This document shows positions 51,944 to 61,440 of a stretch of 64,000 bases of DNA, piece after piece (positions within the stretch are counted from its first letter, which is position 1; the number at the start of each line of letters is the position of its first letter). The stretch comes from an uncultured Phycisphaerales bacterium (GTDB lineage: Bacteria; Planctomycetota; Phycisphaerae; Tepidisphaerales; Tepidisphaeraceae). The notes under the pieces were generated by a model that was given only the letters and a program-made list of their open reading frames with translations, ran no database searches and had not been told where the DNA came from. The translations under genes were made by a program, and so were the position numbers. The stretch lies in assembly GCA_963758525.1 (NCBI GenBank), contig CAVWVQ010000003.1:2560001-2624000 (forward strand), written 5' to 3'.

Positions 51944-52411
51944 ATGAGTTCCTGCATCATCGTGACCCCGTTGATCATTGCCGGCTGGCCTGTCATTTCC
52001 GCCGCGGTGACTGCCGCAGTGGGAAGCCTGGGATACAGCATCGTCGTTGCGCCTTCGACCGCGGCCCTTGCCGCCTCGAAGCTCAAAACCCTCAATCGCG
52101 CGGAAATCGATCTTGAGGACAGCGAAGTGCTTCAGGAGACCGGATCAACAGGCGGCCAGATCGTTGTCGAACGGGCCGGCATTCGGGCCGTCTTCACGCG
52201 CGACGCTCGCGGCGCGCTGAAGCTGTGCGTTGAAGGCGAAGGGCATTCCAAGTCTGACTTGAAAAAAATCGGCGAAGAGCTCATCGGCCGGGTGACGCAG
52301 CAATATGCCTATCACAAGATCGTCTCCGAGCTGCAAAACCGCCACATGTCGATCGTGGACGAAGAGGTGACCGCCGACCGGACTGTGAAAATCCGCGTCC
52401 GCAATTTGTAG
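51944..52411 (+). CDS. DUF1257-like protein with hydrophobic N-terminus
   Basis: Own GGAGG RBS; ends VTQQYAYHKIVSELQNRHMSIVDEEVTADRTVKIRVR, the DUF1257/Ycf35-type C-terminal pattern. Confidence 0.72.
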   Translation: MSSCIIVTPLIIAGWPVISAAVTAAVGSLGYSIVVAPSTAALAASKLKTLNRAEIDLEDSEVLQETGSTGGQIVVERAGIRAVFTRDARGALKLCVEGEGHSKSDLKKIGEELIGRVTQQYAYHKIVSELQNRHMSIVDEEVTADRTVKIRVRNL

Positions 52412-52420
52412 AGGAATGCC

Positions 52421-52630
52421 ATGGCTCAGGAAGAACTCGAGATCGAAATCGCACCGGATGGGAAAGTGACTGTCACAACGAAAGGGATTAAGGGCCCCGC
52501 CTGCATGGACTACGCGGATCTGATCGCCCAGATCGTCGGCCGCGAGGAAAGCCGAGTGAAGACCGCCGAGTACTATGAGGAAGCCGAGCAGACCGAGCGC
52601 CGCGTCGATATCAAGCAACGGCGAGGATGA
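52421..52630 (+). CDS. DUF2997 family protein
   Basis: AGAGGA RBS; EIEIAPDGKVTVTTKGIKGPACMD...TAEYY. Confidence 0.85.
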   Translation: MAQEELEIEIAPDGKVTVTTKGIKGPACMDYADLIAQIVGREESRVKTAEYYEEAEQTERRVDIKQRRG

Positions 52631-52921
52631 TGGATCACCGTCCGACGCTATCACAATCTTCCGTCCATGGTCAGATCTGGAATAGATCGTCGTTCAATAT
52701 CCCCCGCGCGTTTTCCCCTCCCCTAATACGCCGGAGAAGGGTCATTGTCGCCCGATGTTTCACCTGGAGGTGCAGGTGACGCGGTGGTGAGGTCATCCAA
52801 CTGTCCCTAGGAATTTGTCGCGTTGGTTGAAGCCTTCTGAGGTACTCGCAAACAACCGCCCAGCCCCAACCCACCCCTCCCCGCGAGTACCAAGGGAGGG
52901 AGAAGAGCCGGACCGCCTCCC

Positions 52922-53940
52922 ATGCAATGCACCAACTGCGGCTTCCAGAACATGCCGGGCAGCGAATTGTGCGGCAGGTGCAGCACATCGCTGGGCCTCG
53001 CCACCGCGGTCATCGACGTAAACCCCCCGCGCACAGCGCCGCCAGCAAGCGGCTGCGCCGGTTGCTCCCATTCGGCAGAGCGTACTACCGCACCCGCGAT
53101 GCAGTACGCGCGGCTGACATTGCCGCGGGGGTGCGCCACGCGAACGCGATTCTCCCCGCTGGACTCCTCCTGCGCCTGATCGTTCCCGGCTGGTCACACT
53201 TTGCTCTCAAGCAACCGATCCGCGGACATCTTTTTCTGTGGAGCTTCGTGCTCTTTGTTCTGCTGAGCTTGTTCTGTCTCGGATCAACATGGGGAGCCAT
53301 CTGGCTGGGGATGGCCTTCAGCGTTCACTCGTCGGCGGCGATGGATATCGTGACCCAGACATTCAGCGACGCCGGCGTTCGCGATCGAATCGTGCGCTCC
53401 CTGGTCATCTCGGCGATTCTGGGAGTACTTCTCTATTGGCCGGCGATCTGGTTCATCGGCGGAGTGGCGCAGCCTCATACGGTCCAGACTGCTCTTGCGG
53501 CTTTTCAGCCCAATGATGTGGTGCTCGTCAACCAGTGGGCAGTGCCCAAACGCGGCGATATCGTTTTGTACGAGATCAATTACGCCCCGATGAATCTGCC
53601 CAATCGGGGACGCGAGCATGTGGTAGTCTGGTACAATGGCGAAAATATAGATCGAATTCTCGCGGTTCCCGGCGACCGTGTGCAATGTGATTCCGGCAGG
53701 CTCCTGGTCAACGGCTCTCCGTCCGCGTGGCAGCCGTTGAATTCTCATCCGATGCCGCAGTCTCTGAGTCTGACCATGCAGAGCGAACATTATCTCATTC
53801 TCCCCAGCGGCGCGCCCGGTGTTGTCACCTTCCAGGATGTAAACTTCTGGAAGAGCACCGGCGACGTCGAGCGAGGGCAGATTGTCGGGCGGGCCTGGCT
53901 GCAGACCCAGCCGTTGTCTCGCTTTCACGTCATTCGTTGA
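52922..53940 (+). CDS. Zn-ribbon plus membrane plus S26 signal-peptidase-like protein (frameshift near 53030)
   Basis: CTNCG..N...CGRC; IVPGWSH and ~3 TM segments; NDVVLVN..PKRGDIVLY..DRILAVPGDRV..LLVNG..QIVGRA. Confidence 0.72.
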
Positions 53941-53950
53941 TCGGAGCGGG

Positions 53951-54738
53951 ATGATGAAGAGATTCGATCTGCTTGAATTTGATGATCGGCAGGAGCCCTC
54001 TCGGGCGCAATTGCAACATCCGCCGATCGCCCGCGCCGAAGATCACGACGAACAGTACTGGATTAAGGCGGCCACTGAGGATCGTCGCAATGGATTCCAT
54101 GAGTCGGCGCTGCGTCACTATTCCCGGGCATTGGAGCTGGACAAATCCGTCGTTGCCGGCTGGGTCGGACAGGTGCAGATGCTGATCGCGCTGGCTGAAT
54201 ATCCCGAAGCCGAATTGTGGAGCCGCAAGGCGCTCGAACTGTTCAAGAATAACGTCGATCTGCTCGCCGCCCGCGGGCAGGCGCTCTGCCGTACCGGCGA
54301 TCTCAAAAACGCCCAGGCGAGTTGCGACGCCGCCATCAATCAGCAGGGAATGCACAGCTATCCCTGGGTCGCGCGCGGCGAGCTGATGCTGGCGCAAAAT
54401 GAAGATCTCGATACCTTCTGCTTCGACAAAGCCGTTCAATTCGACAATGACTGGCTGCTTCTGCTGGAGATCGGCGCCATCTATCTTCATTACGGCCGCG
54501 GCACCAAAGCCCTGCAACGCACCCGCCTTGCGGTGGAAAGAGCGCCGGAGCATGCCTATTGCTGGTATCGTCAAGGCGTCTGCGAGATGGCTGTCGATCT
54601 GACCGGAGCCGCGGAAAAGAGCTTCAGGCGTTGCATGCAACTGATGCCCCAACACGTGCTCGCGCGCGGGCGCTCAATGAACTGAAGCAGAAGAACGGCG
54701 CAGTCCGCGGCTTCCTCCGCCGGTTATTTGGTTCCTGA
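53951..54738 (+). CDS. TPR repeat protein (frameshift near 54670)
   Basis: ALRHYSRALELD..AGWVGQ, RKALELF, CFDKAV, AYCWYRQG; reconstructed end ALNELKQKNGAVRGFLRRLFGS*. Confidence 0.82.
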
Positions 54739-54853
54739 TGACTTGCGATGACTCAACCCCTCATCAACCCGTCATTAGCCGCTGCCCTTGGGCAGCGTAC
54801 CTCCCGGCGTGTGTGCGTTTTTGCACACACTCATCAGTTGGAAAGGTGAGCTT

Positions 54854-55912
54854 ATGCCCGTCAGCCTCGATCACATTCTGCAGGCCGGACGCGAGCTGGG
54901 CGCCAGCGACATCCATCTCGTCCGCGGCGTCTCCCCCGCCTTTCGCATCCACGGTCAGATCCGTCTGGCGAAGCACGAGCCGCTGACGGAAGAGATGCTG
55001 CGCTTGCTGCTCGACCAGTTGCTCACGGAAAAGCACAAGAAAATTCTCGAGGACGAATGGCAGCTCTGCTTTTCCAAACACTGGCCTGGCATCGGCCGGT
55101 TCCGCGCCAGCATCTATTTCCATGGCGGGTGCCCGGAGATGGCGATCCGCGTCTCGGAAAGAGAGATTCGCACCCGCGAGGCGCTGCGGCTCCCGCCGGT
55201 GATCGACGAGCTTACCCGCCGGCCAAACGGCCTGATTCTCATCACCGGCCCCACCGGCGTCGGCAAAACGACAACGCTCAACTACATGGTCGATCTGATC
55301 AACCGCGAGCGCCGCGCAAAGATTGTGACAATCGAAGATCCCGTCGAATACGTCCACGAGAACCGCAACAGCATCATCATTCAACAGGAGGTGCACACCG
55401 ACACCCCCTCGTTCAGCAAAGCGCTGATTCACGTGCTGAGGCAGGACCCCGATGTGATTGCCGTCGGCGAGATGCGCGATCTGGAGACGATGGCCACCGC
55501 GCTCACCGCCGCCGAGACCGGCCATCTCGTTCTCGCGACGCTGCACACTCCCGACGCCGTGCAGACGGTGCAGCGCATCTACGGCGCGTTTCCCGCCGAT
55601 CAGCAGAACAACGTCGTCTACCAGTTATCCAATTCACTGCAGGCGATCGTCGCTCAAAATCTGCTCCCCTGCGCCGATGGCAAAGGACAGGTGCTCGCCT
55701 GCGAGATCTGCGTCGCGACCCCCGCCATCCGCAAGCTCATCCGCGACGGCGAATCGCACCTGATGAACAACGAAATTCAGATGGGCAAGAAGTTCAACAT
55801 GCAGAACATGGACACCGCCCTGATGGACCTTTATCAGCGCGGCGAAATCACCTACGACACCGCCGTCTCCTCCGCCCGCGATACCAATGCCTTCCGCCAT
55901 AAGACAGGGTAA
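54854..55912 (+). CDS. pilT: PilT/PilU-family type IV pilus ATPase
   Basis: ASDIHL, GRFRAS, GPTGVGKTTT, TIEDPVE, LRQDPDVIAVGEMRD, AETGHLVLATLH, AIRKLIRD. Confidence 0.9.
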   Translation: MPVSLDHILQAGRELGASDIHLVRGVSPAFRIHGQIRLAKHEPLTEEMLRLLLDQLLTEKHKKILEDEWQLCFSKHWPGIGRFRASIYFHGGCPEMAIRVSEREIRTREALRLPPVIDELTRRPNGLILITGPTGVGKTTTLNYMVDLINRERRAKIVTIEDPVEYVHENRNSIIIQQEVHTDTPSFSKALIHVLRQDPDVIAVGEMRDLETMATALTAAETGHLVLATLHTPDAVQTVQRIYGAFPADQQNNVVYQLSNSLQAIVAQNLLPCADGKGQVLACEICVATPAIRKLIRDGESHLMNNEIQMGKKFNMQNMDTALMDLYQRGEITYDTAVSSARDTNAFRHKTG

Positions 55913-55927
55913 AGAAAAGGTACAGAA

Positions 55928-56107
55928 GAAGGCACGGAGGCACGAAGGGAAGGAGAAGCAAGCGCAACTTGGAGGTCAACAATGCATCGATTCGCCAAAC
56001 GGCACCGCCGTGGCTTGCCCTTCGCGGCCGGTTCCAAGGACGCACCGCTTCCACCTCTCCTGTTCCTTCCCTTCGTGCCTCCGTGCCTCCGTGCCTTCGT
56101 GCCTTCC
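55928..56107. repeat. Inverted octamer repeat cluster (GGCACGRA / TYCGTGCC)
   Basis: gaaggcacggaggcacgaagggaagga ... tccttcccttcgtgcctccgtgcctccgtgccttcgtgccttcc. Confidence 0.75.
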
Positions 56108-56167
56108 CCTCGTTGCCTTCCCCTCAATTGACTGCCTTTTTAGCCACCGATACGATACCCCCTCGCT

Positions 56168-56258
56168 GGAGAGATGGCCGAGTGGCTGAAGGCGACGGTT
56201 TGCTAAACCGTTATACGGAGTCAAATCCGTATCCGGGGTTCGAATCCCCGTCTCTCCG
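56168..56258 (+). tRNA. tRNA-Ser (anticodon GCT), CCA not encoded
   Basis: GGAGAGA acceptor pairs with TCTCTCC; anticodon arm acggt-ttGCTaa-accgt; long variable arm; GGTTCGAATCC T arm. Confidence 0.95.
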
Positions 56259-56300
56259 TTCTAAAACTGGTCTCGTTCGCAAATGGCTTAATTGAAGCAC

Positions 56301-56346
56301 TTTCGCAACGGTGGTATGCTGTTTATCCGCCGTTGTGAAACTTTTT
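56301..56346 (+). terminator. Hairpin plus T tract downstream of the tRNA (possible terminator / att arm region)
   Basis: tttcgcaacggtgg ... ccgccgttgtgaaa stem with G-T pairs, then ctttt; TTGTGAAA direct repeat at 56333 and 56345. Confidence 0.45.
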
Positions 56347-56395
56347 GTGAAAGAATCGGCATCCATTCAGCCGGTTCTTTCGGAGCTTCAAGATT

Positions 56396-57772
56396 ATGCC
56401 CACCACAAAAAAGCCACGTCCGACTGCTCATTCCGGTCACACCGATAGAGGGAACATCCGCGATCTGAAAATTCAGCGAGTGGGAAATGTGACCATCTAC
56501 AAGCGGGGACCAAGCTACTACCTGTATTACCGCGAGGATGGCAGCAGTCAGCGGCGCAAGGTCGAAGGCAACCTGGCAGTCGCCAAAGCCTCCGCCGCCA
56601 AGGTCGCCGCGGCTCTGGCCGAACAGCGACCCTCGCCGCTGGGATTTCAGCGGACCGCCCCTGGCGCGTTTGTCACCGGGTATCTGGACTTTGTCGAGAA
56701 TGTCCAGGGCCTGGCTTGGCGTACGGTCGACCGTTACCGGGCGGCCCTCGACCGCCTTCTGGACTTCTGCACGGACACGGGTGTCACTGCGATCGACGCC
56801 ATCGATGAGGCCACCATCGAGGATTTGGTCCGCTGGCTGCGTGGACAGACTCGAACCCGCAACGGCTGCGAAAAGGGCACCCGGGACTTGTACAAGGTCG
56901 GCGGAATCAAGTTCATCCTGAGCACCTGCCGCACCGCCTTCAATTGGGCTGGCCGGCGACGGATGCTCCCTCCGTATGTCGAGAATCCCTTTAGCCGGTT
57001 CCCCATTGATCAACTCCGCGACTCTGAGGCGGATGAGGAGGACCTCCACGTCTTCACCCCGGAGCAGGAGAAGGCATTCTTCGCAGCCTGCTCGGACTGG
57101 CAGAAGGCGCTGTTTCTGCCCCTGGCGACGTACGGCATGCGGGTCGGTGAGTGGACCCACGTGCTGATCGAGAACGTCGACTTCAAGGACGGGACGATCC
57201 AGATCTCCTCCAAGCCCGAGATGTTCTGGCGGGTGAAGACGGCCCGGCGGCGCTGGCTCCCCCTCACGGCCGAGATGACCGTGTTGTTGAAGAAGCTGAT
57301 CGGCCGGCGTACGGCGGGGTTCGTGCTGCTCAATGAGCATCAGTTCAAGGGTGACAAACTTCCCGCGAGCGAGTTTGTCTCGGATGAGCAGTTCCGCAAG
57401 CACCTGGCAACGCTGGTCGCGGAGCTAGAGGGCAAGAATCCCCAAGCAAGTAAACGCGACAAGCGGCGGGTTGTCACCGCCTTCTGCCGGTCACTCGGGC
57501 AGGTGCCAGTCAAGCGGGTGCAGAGCGAGTTCTGTGAGCTGACACGAGAAATCGGATGCCCGGACTTCACCCGGACGCACGACTTGCGGCACCTTTTTGC
57601 CACGCGTGCCCAGGAAACCGGGACTAATCCGATCTTGGTGTCGCAGATCACGGGGCATCGCTCGCTAGAGATGCTCAAGCGCTACACACACGCGAGCGTG
57701 GCCGCAAAACGCGAGGCGGTGGAGCGCATGACATCCCCGCAGCCTGAACTTCGAGAACCGAAAGATCCATGA
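56396..57772 (+). CDS. Tyrosine recombinase / integrase
   Basis: YGMRVGE (R), VKT (K), HDLRH (HxxR), TGH, RYTH (Y); N-terminal arm-like YYLYYREDG; TVDRYRAAL core-binding region. Confidence 0.92.
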   Translation: MPTTKKPRPTAHSGHTDRGNIRDLKIQRVGNVTIYKRGPSYYLYYREDGSSQRRKVEGNLAVAKASAAKVAAALAEQRPSPLGFQRTAPGAFVTGYLDFVENVQGLAWRTVDRYRAALDRLLDFCTDTGVTAIDAIDEATIEDLVRWLRGQTRTRNGCEKGTRDLYKVGGIKFILSTCRTAFNWAGRRRMLPPYVENPFSRFPIDQLRDSEADEEDLHVFTPEQEKAFFAACSDWQKALFLPLATYGMRVGEWTHVLIENVDFKDGTIQISSKPEMFWRVKTARRRWLPLTAEMTVLLKKLIGRRTAGFVLLNEHQFKGDKLPASEFVSDEQFRKHLATLVAELEGKNPQASKRDKRRVVTAFCRSLGQVPVKRVQSEFCELTREIGCPDFTRTHDLRHLFATRAQETGTNPILVSQITGHRSLEMLKRYTHASVAAKREAVERMTSPQPELREPKDP

Positions 57773-58795
57773 GCAAAAGTTCGAAGGACAAACGGCAACC
57801 AGAGCGATCCACGTCGGAAGTGAGTCGTCCGGCCCAGTGGCGGTCTCTATGGCGAGCCTTCAAGCAATCGTACCCCGATTGGATTGCCAGACTTCCCGTT
57901 GGAGAGGCAGTCTACGTTTTACCGGAACCGATCATTCGAGAGCTGACTTCGCCCCGCGGCGGACATCGGCGGCTTCCACCCTTGCTCGACGAGAACGGAT
58001 GCCCAGGCCGAACGTGCCTTCGAGCAAACCTGCCGGGAATTCGGAAAGTGGGTGATTGGGGTGTGCGAGGACAGCCCACTGCAGTTCCCATTACTCTTTG
58101 AATCGTGGAATGACGAGGCAAACCGGTCTGAAAATCCAGACTTCAGCGATGGCATTGTCCGTGCTCACCAGCAAATGTTGGCCTACGCAGGTTCGTTGTC
58201 GTTCTATAAACCCTACCGCCAGGAACTTGAACAGGTGAAACAGAAGTGGCTCGCGCTGCCAGCGCCGAAACCGGCTGCCGGCCCCTGGGCGTCAGAGCGC
58301 CTAGCTCGTCATTTCGGGGGGAGCCAAACCGGTGAAGAATACTATCAGCTTTATGATACCTTCCGTTCCAGGCGGCATCTGGCGATGTTGGTGAGCTGGG
58401 ACGTGCCGTGGCCGATGGGACCGGATGAATTTATTCCCGCCTCTTTTGCCAGCATTCCTTTCGGCCAATCCGGCGTGTTTGAGTATCACCCGCCTTTTTT
58501 GGACACGCCCCCAATGAGCGTTCGGCAAAAGCATGATCTCGCGGCAGCAATGGCGGAAATGTTCCCATACCTTCCCAAACTGCCCCCCATGCGGGTCGTC
58601 AGGCAAGGTTCCGGCCCCAATGAGTACGAGACGTCATTCCGAATGTGGCTGGTTGAGCTGACCGCTCGCCGACACTACAGCAACCTCCGGGGTATGTCGG
58701 AGGCGATGATTCGCGGTTTTGCAACACACCTGAATCGCACTGAGGAGCACGTGAAACGGCTGCGAAGAATGTACACCCGATTTCTCACATCCTGA
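57769..58795 (+). CDS. Hypothetical protein coupled to the integrase (frameshift near 57993)
   Basis: ATGA overlap with the integrase; the frames join as LLDE/TDAQAERAFEQTCREFGKWVIG; HTH-like end FATHLNRTEEHVKRLRRMY. Confidence 0.6.
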
Positions 58796-58837
58796 GCCAT
58801 TTCGTCCCCGCCGCACAAAAACAACACTTCCCGAATA

Positions 58838-58867
58838 AGGGCGCAATCCACATGCGGATTGCGCCCT
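58838..58867. promoter_or_regulatory. Perfect 12-bp inverted repeat upstream of xis (operator or terminator)
   Basis: agggcgcaatcc-acatgc-ggattgcgccct. Confidence 0.45.
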
Positions 58868-58901
58868 CGTTGAGTCTTTTGGTGTTTTGATAATCAGGTT
58901 C

Positions 58902-59222
58902 ATGTTAGTTCATCGACCACGGCATGAGGTCCATGCTGGCTCATTTCCGGAAGAGCCAGCGGCCACGCCCACCATGGGTTTAGGCTCGCCGTGGATGACA
59001 CCGCCGGCGGCTGCTGAGTACCTCGGCATTGCCTTGGGCACGCTGCGCAACTGGACGTCCGCTCGTTTTGTTCCATTCGCAAAAAAAGGTCGCCTCGTCC
59101 GCTACCACCGCGACGCCCTGGATCGATGGCTGTCCCGTGGTAGTTGTCCTGGTCGTGCCACCTTCGCGGCCACGATGCATAGCCGTTCCAACTCGCCGGA
59201 AGACAACGGAGCAAACCCCTGA
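58902..59222 (+). CDS. Excisionase-like HTH protein
   Basis: WMTPPAAAEYLGIALGTLRNW...VPFAKKGRLVRYHRDALDRWL; start uncertain. Confidence 0.85.
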   Translation: MLVHRPRHEVHAGSFPEEPAATPTMGLGSPWMTPPAAAEYLGIALGTLRNWTSARFVPFAKKGRLVRYHRDALDRWLSRGSCPGRATFAATMHSRSNSPEDNGANP

Positions 59223-59277
59223 CAAAAAATTAGGCGGCATTCCGGTCAAGGTTACGCCGCCCGTGAGGAAACGAACT

Positions 59278-60015
59278 ATGACACATTATAAATCACAATC
59301 CGCCAATTCGCAAGATAATTCCAATGTTGATTTGCGTGAAAAACTCTATAACGACCGAGAAATCGGTCCCGTCACCATCTCGGATCCCGAGTCGATCATC
59401 ACACGACTGCACGGAATCTTGCTGGACGTCGATCCGCTGAACTATCGCAAGTCGCGAGGTGCAAATGTACGGAGCAACCCAGAAAAGTTTTACCTAAGAG
59501 TCATTAAGACGATGCTCCTCCGGCACGCTGTACTGGCGCGTGCGGAGGTCCGTCTCAGCGGCACCGGGCTGCACATCATCATCTGGTTCGCCGAGCCCGT
59601 GGAACTGAAGACCGAGGGTGATCGGCTCAGGTGGGTAGCGATCATCAAAGCCATCCAGCGACTGCTCCCGACGGACCATCTTGCACCGGCCATCACCGCG
59701 ATGACCCGCCCGTTAGGCAGCCGCAATGGCAAGAATCAGAAAAAAGTAAAATGTCTGCACAGGGGCGAACCGGTGCCGCCGGCCGACATTCTCAAACTCT
59801 TCGATCAACTGTCCGCCAAACCCTTCGCAACCGTCGCTCAAGTGCTGTTCGGGGAAGGTCCAATCCGACCTTGTCCCATTTGCAATGGCGAAGGTAGTTC
59901 GCTTGGTGTCCTCAGCGCGACGGGAAAATGCTATGGGGGATGCGGGAAGGTGAAGCTCAGCCAACTGTATGACGTCTTTCTGGAAACGAAGCTTTCTGCC
60001 GGAAAGGGAAACTAG
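59278..60015 (+). CDS. AEP/RepB-type primase-like protein with C-terminal Zn finger
   Basis: ILLDVD (DxD), LSGTGLHIIIW (SGxGxH), TD..MTRPLGSRNGK; CPIC...CYGGC. Confidence 0.72.
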   Translation: MTHYKSQSANSQDNSNVDLREKLYNDREIGPVTISDPESIITRLHGILLDVDPLNYRKSRGANVRSNPEKFYLRVIKTMLLRHAVLARAEVRLSGTGLHIIIWFAEPVELKTEGDRLRWVAIIKAIQRLLPTDHLAPAITAMTRPLGSRNGKNQKKVKCLHRGEPVPPADILKLFDQLSAKPFATVAQVLFGEGPIRPCPICNGEGSSLGVLSATGKCYGGCGKVKLSQLYDVFLETKLSAGKGN

Positions 60016-60017
60016 CG

Positions 60018-61439
60018 ATGCCAGCAAAGTCCCCGACAACCGGCGATCAGCTCGCCGAGCAACTCATGCAGGCGATCCGCGACGCCCAGCATGCACCGCT
60101 GCTAGGTGCGAGGGATCTCCCGATCCTTCGGGGACTGTCGCCCTATGGCACTTTTAGCGAGCCGCAGGAGAACGTGCTAGTCCGTGCGATAGGATTGTTG
60201 CGGGCAACAGGCCGCGTGTATGCGTATGGCAACTCGGTGGTGTTTGACACTACGATCGCCGGTCAGGGTAGATGTCTGCTGCCGTTGCGAAACGGCACCA
60301 CAATCGAACCAACCGCCAAACGTCTGCTGAGCAATGTAATGGTATGTGCTGACGGCGACGAGCAGTTTCCGCCGCCGGACTGGTTTGTCAGCATGCTTTT
60401 GCTCGCTGAACCGCTGCTGGACCACCTGCCCCGCATCCAGACGTACATGCGACGTCCGGCGTTTGACGCCAATTTCAATCTTTGCGGGCCGGGCTTCCAT
60501 TCTTCCGAAGGGATTCTTGTACACGGGCCGGAGATTGAGCCCGTTATCTTTGTACCGGCTGATCCAAATCTGTCGGCCGTGCAACGGCTGCCGATCCACT
60601 TGCGGACATTTCTCGGCGGCTTCTGTTTTCGCTCGGATGCGGATTTGGCGAACACGATCGCAATCCTAATTACCGGCCTGCTCGTCAATCACTTCATCAA
60701 ATATGGCAAGCCAATTGTACTGATCGACGGAAATCAGCCTGATGTTGGAAAGTCCCTGCTCGTCCAAGCCATCGGCGTGTTGTTTGACGATAGCGTCCCG
60801 CCGGACATTCGGTACACATCGGACGACGAGGAACTCGCAAAGTTGATCTGTGCAGCTCTGCGTGAAGCAGCAACTTCGATTTTACATATCGACAACGCCA
60901 AGAACGCCAGCAGCGTCGGCATCTCCAGCCCCACCATCGAATCACAATCATTGGCTCCCGAAATTTGCCTGCGCATCCTCGGCCATTCCAGCATGCTGCG
61001 TCGGCCCAATGACTTGATCTGGTGCATCACGATGAACAAGACGAAGGCGTGCGGCGACATTGTTTCACGGGACGTGCCGGTCCAGCTTTTCTACGACGGC
61101 CGCACAGAAGATCGCAGGTTTGAAGGTCCCAACCCGCTCGATTATGCACGCGAACATCGCATTCAAATCCTGGGTGAACTGGCGGGAATGATCATCCAGC
61201 ACAATCAGCACGGACGGCCCGACGGAATACGCACACATCGCTGTCGCCACTGGGCTCGGCTCGTAGGGGGCATCATGCAGTCAGCGGGATTCCCAGAGTT
61301 CCTCTCAAACGCCCAAACGGTTGCCGCAACATTCAACTCAGAACTCGATGAGCTTGCCGCTTTGATCGAAGTCATGGTCGCTGGCGGCGGACCATTTATG
61401 GTGGTTGGAAATAACCCAACTGATACTGATGAGGTTTAA
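60018..61439 (+). CDS. P-loop NTPase, putative primase-associated helicase
   Basis: DGNQPDVGKS (Walker A), LHIDN (Walker B), RILGHS, ITMN, IVSR; immediately after the primase. Confidence 0.7.
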   Translation: MPAKSPTTGDQLAEQLMQAIRDAQHAPLLGARDLPILRGLSPYGTFSEPQENVLVRAIGLLRATGRVYAYGNSVVFDTTIAGQGRCLLPLRNGTTIEPTAKRLLSNVMVCADGDEQFPPPDWFVSMLLLAEPLLDHLPRIQTYMRRPAFDANFNLCGPGFHSSEGILVHGPEIEPVIFVPADPNLSAVQRLPIHLRTFLGGFCFRSDADLANTIAILITGLLVNHFIKYGKPIVLIDGNQPDVGKSLLVQAIGVLFDDSVPPDIRYTSDDEELAKLICAALREAATSILHIDNAKNASSVGISSPTIESQSLAPEICLRILGHSSMLRRPNDLIWCITMNKTKACGDIVSRDVPVQLFYDGRTEDRRFEGPNPLDYAREHRIQILGELAGMIIQHNQHGRPDGIRTHRCRHWARLVGGIMQSAGFPEFLSNAQTVAATFNSELDELAALIEVMVAGGGPFMVVGNNPTDTDEV

Positions 61440-61440
61440 T

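Noticed and set aside
50231..52411. 726-aa AAA-DUF1257 fusion in the ORF track
   Set aside because: A one-base shift near 51860 restores a natural end (ARRKIEL* at 51918), and the downstream part has its own GGAGG RBS and ATG at 51944
4036..58795. Many frameshifted genes (GNAT, GH4, xylA, tmk, thiL, AAA, TPR, lipoprotein and others) as pseudogenes or programmed frameshifts
   Set aside because: Each break is a single small indel, often in GC dinucleotide or homopolymer runs, with both halves intact, and normally essential tmk is affected; sequencing error is the simpler explanation
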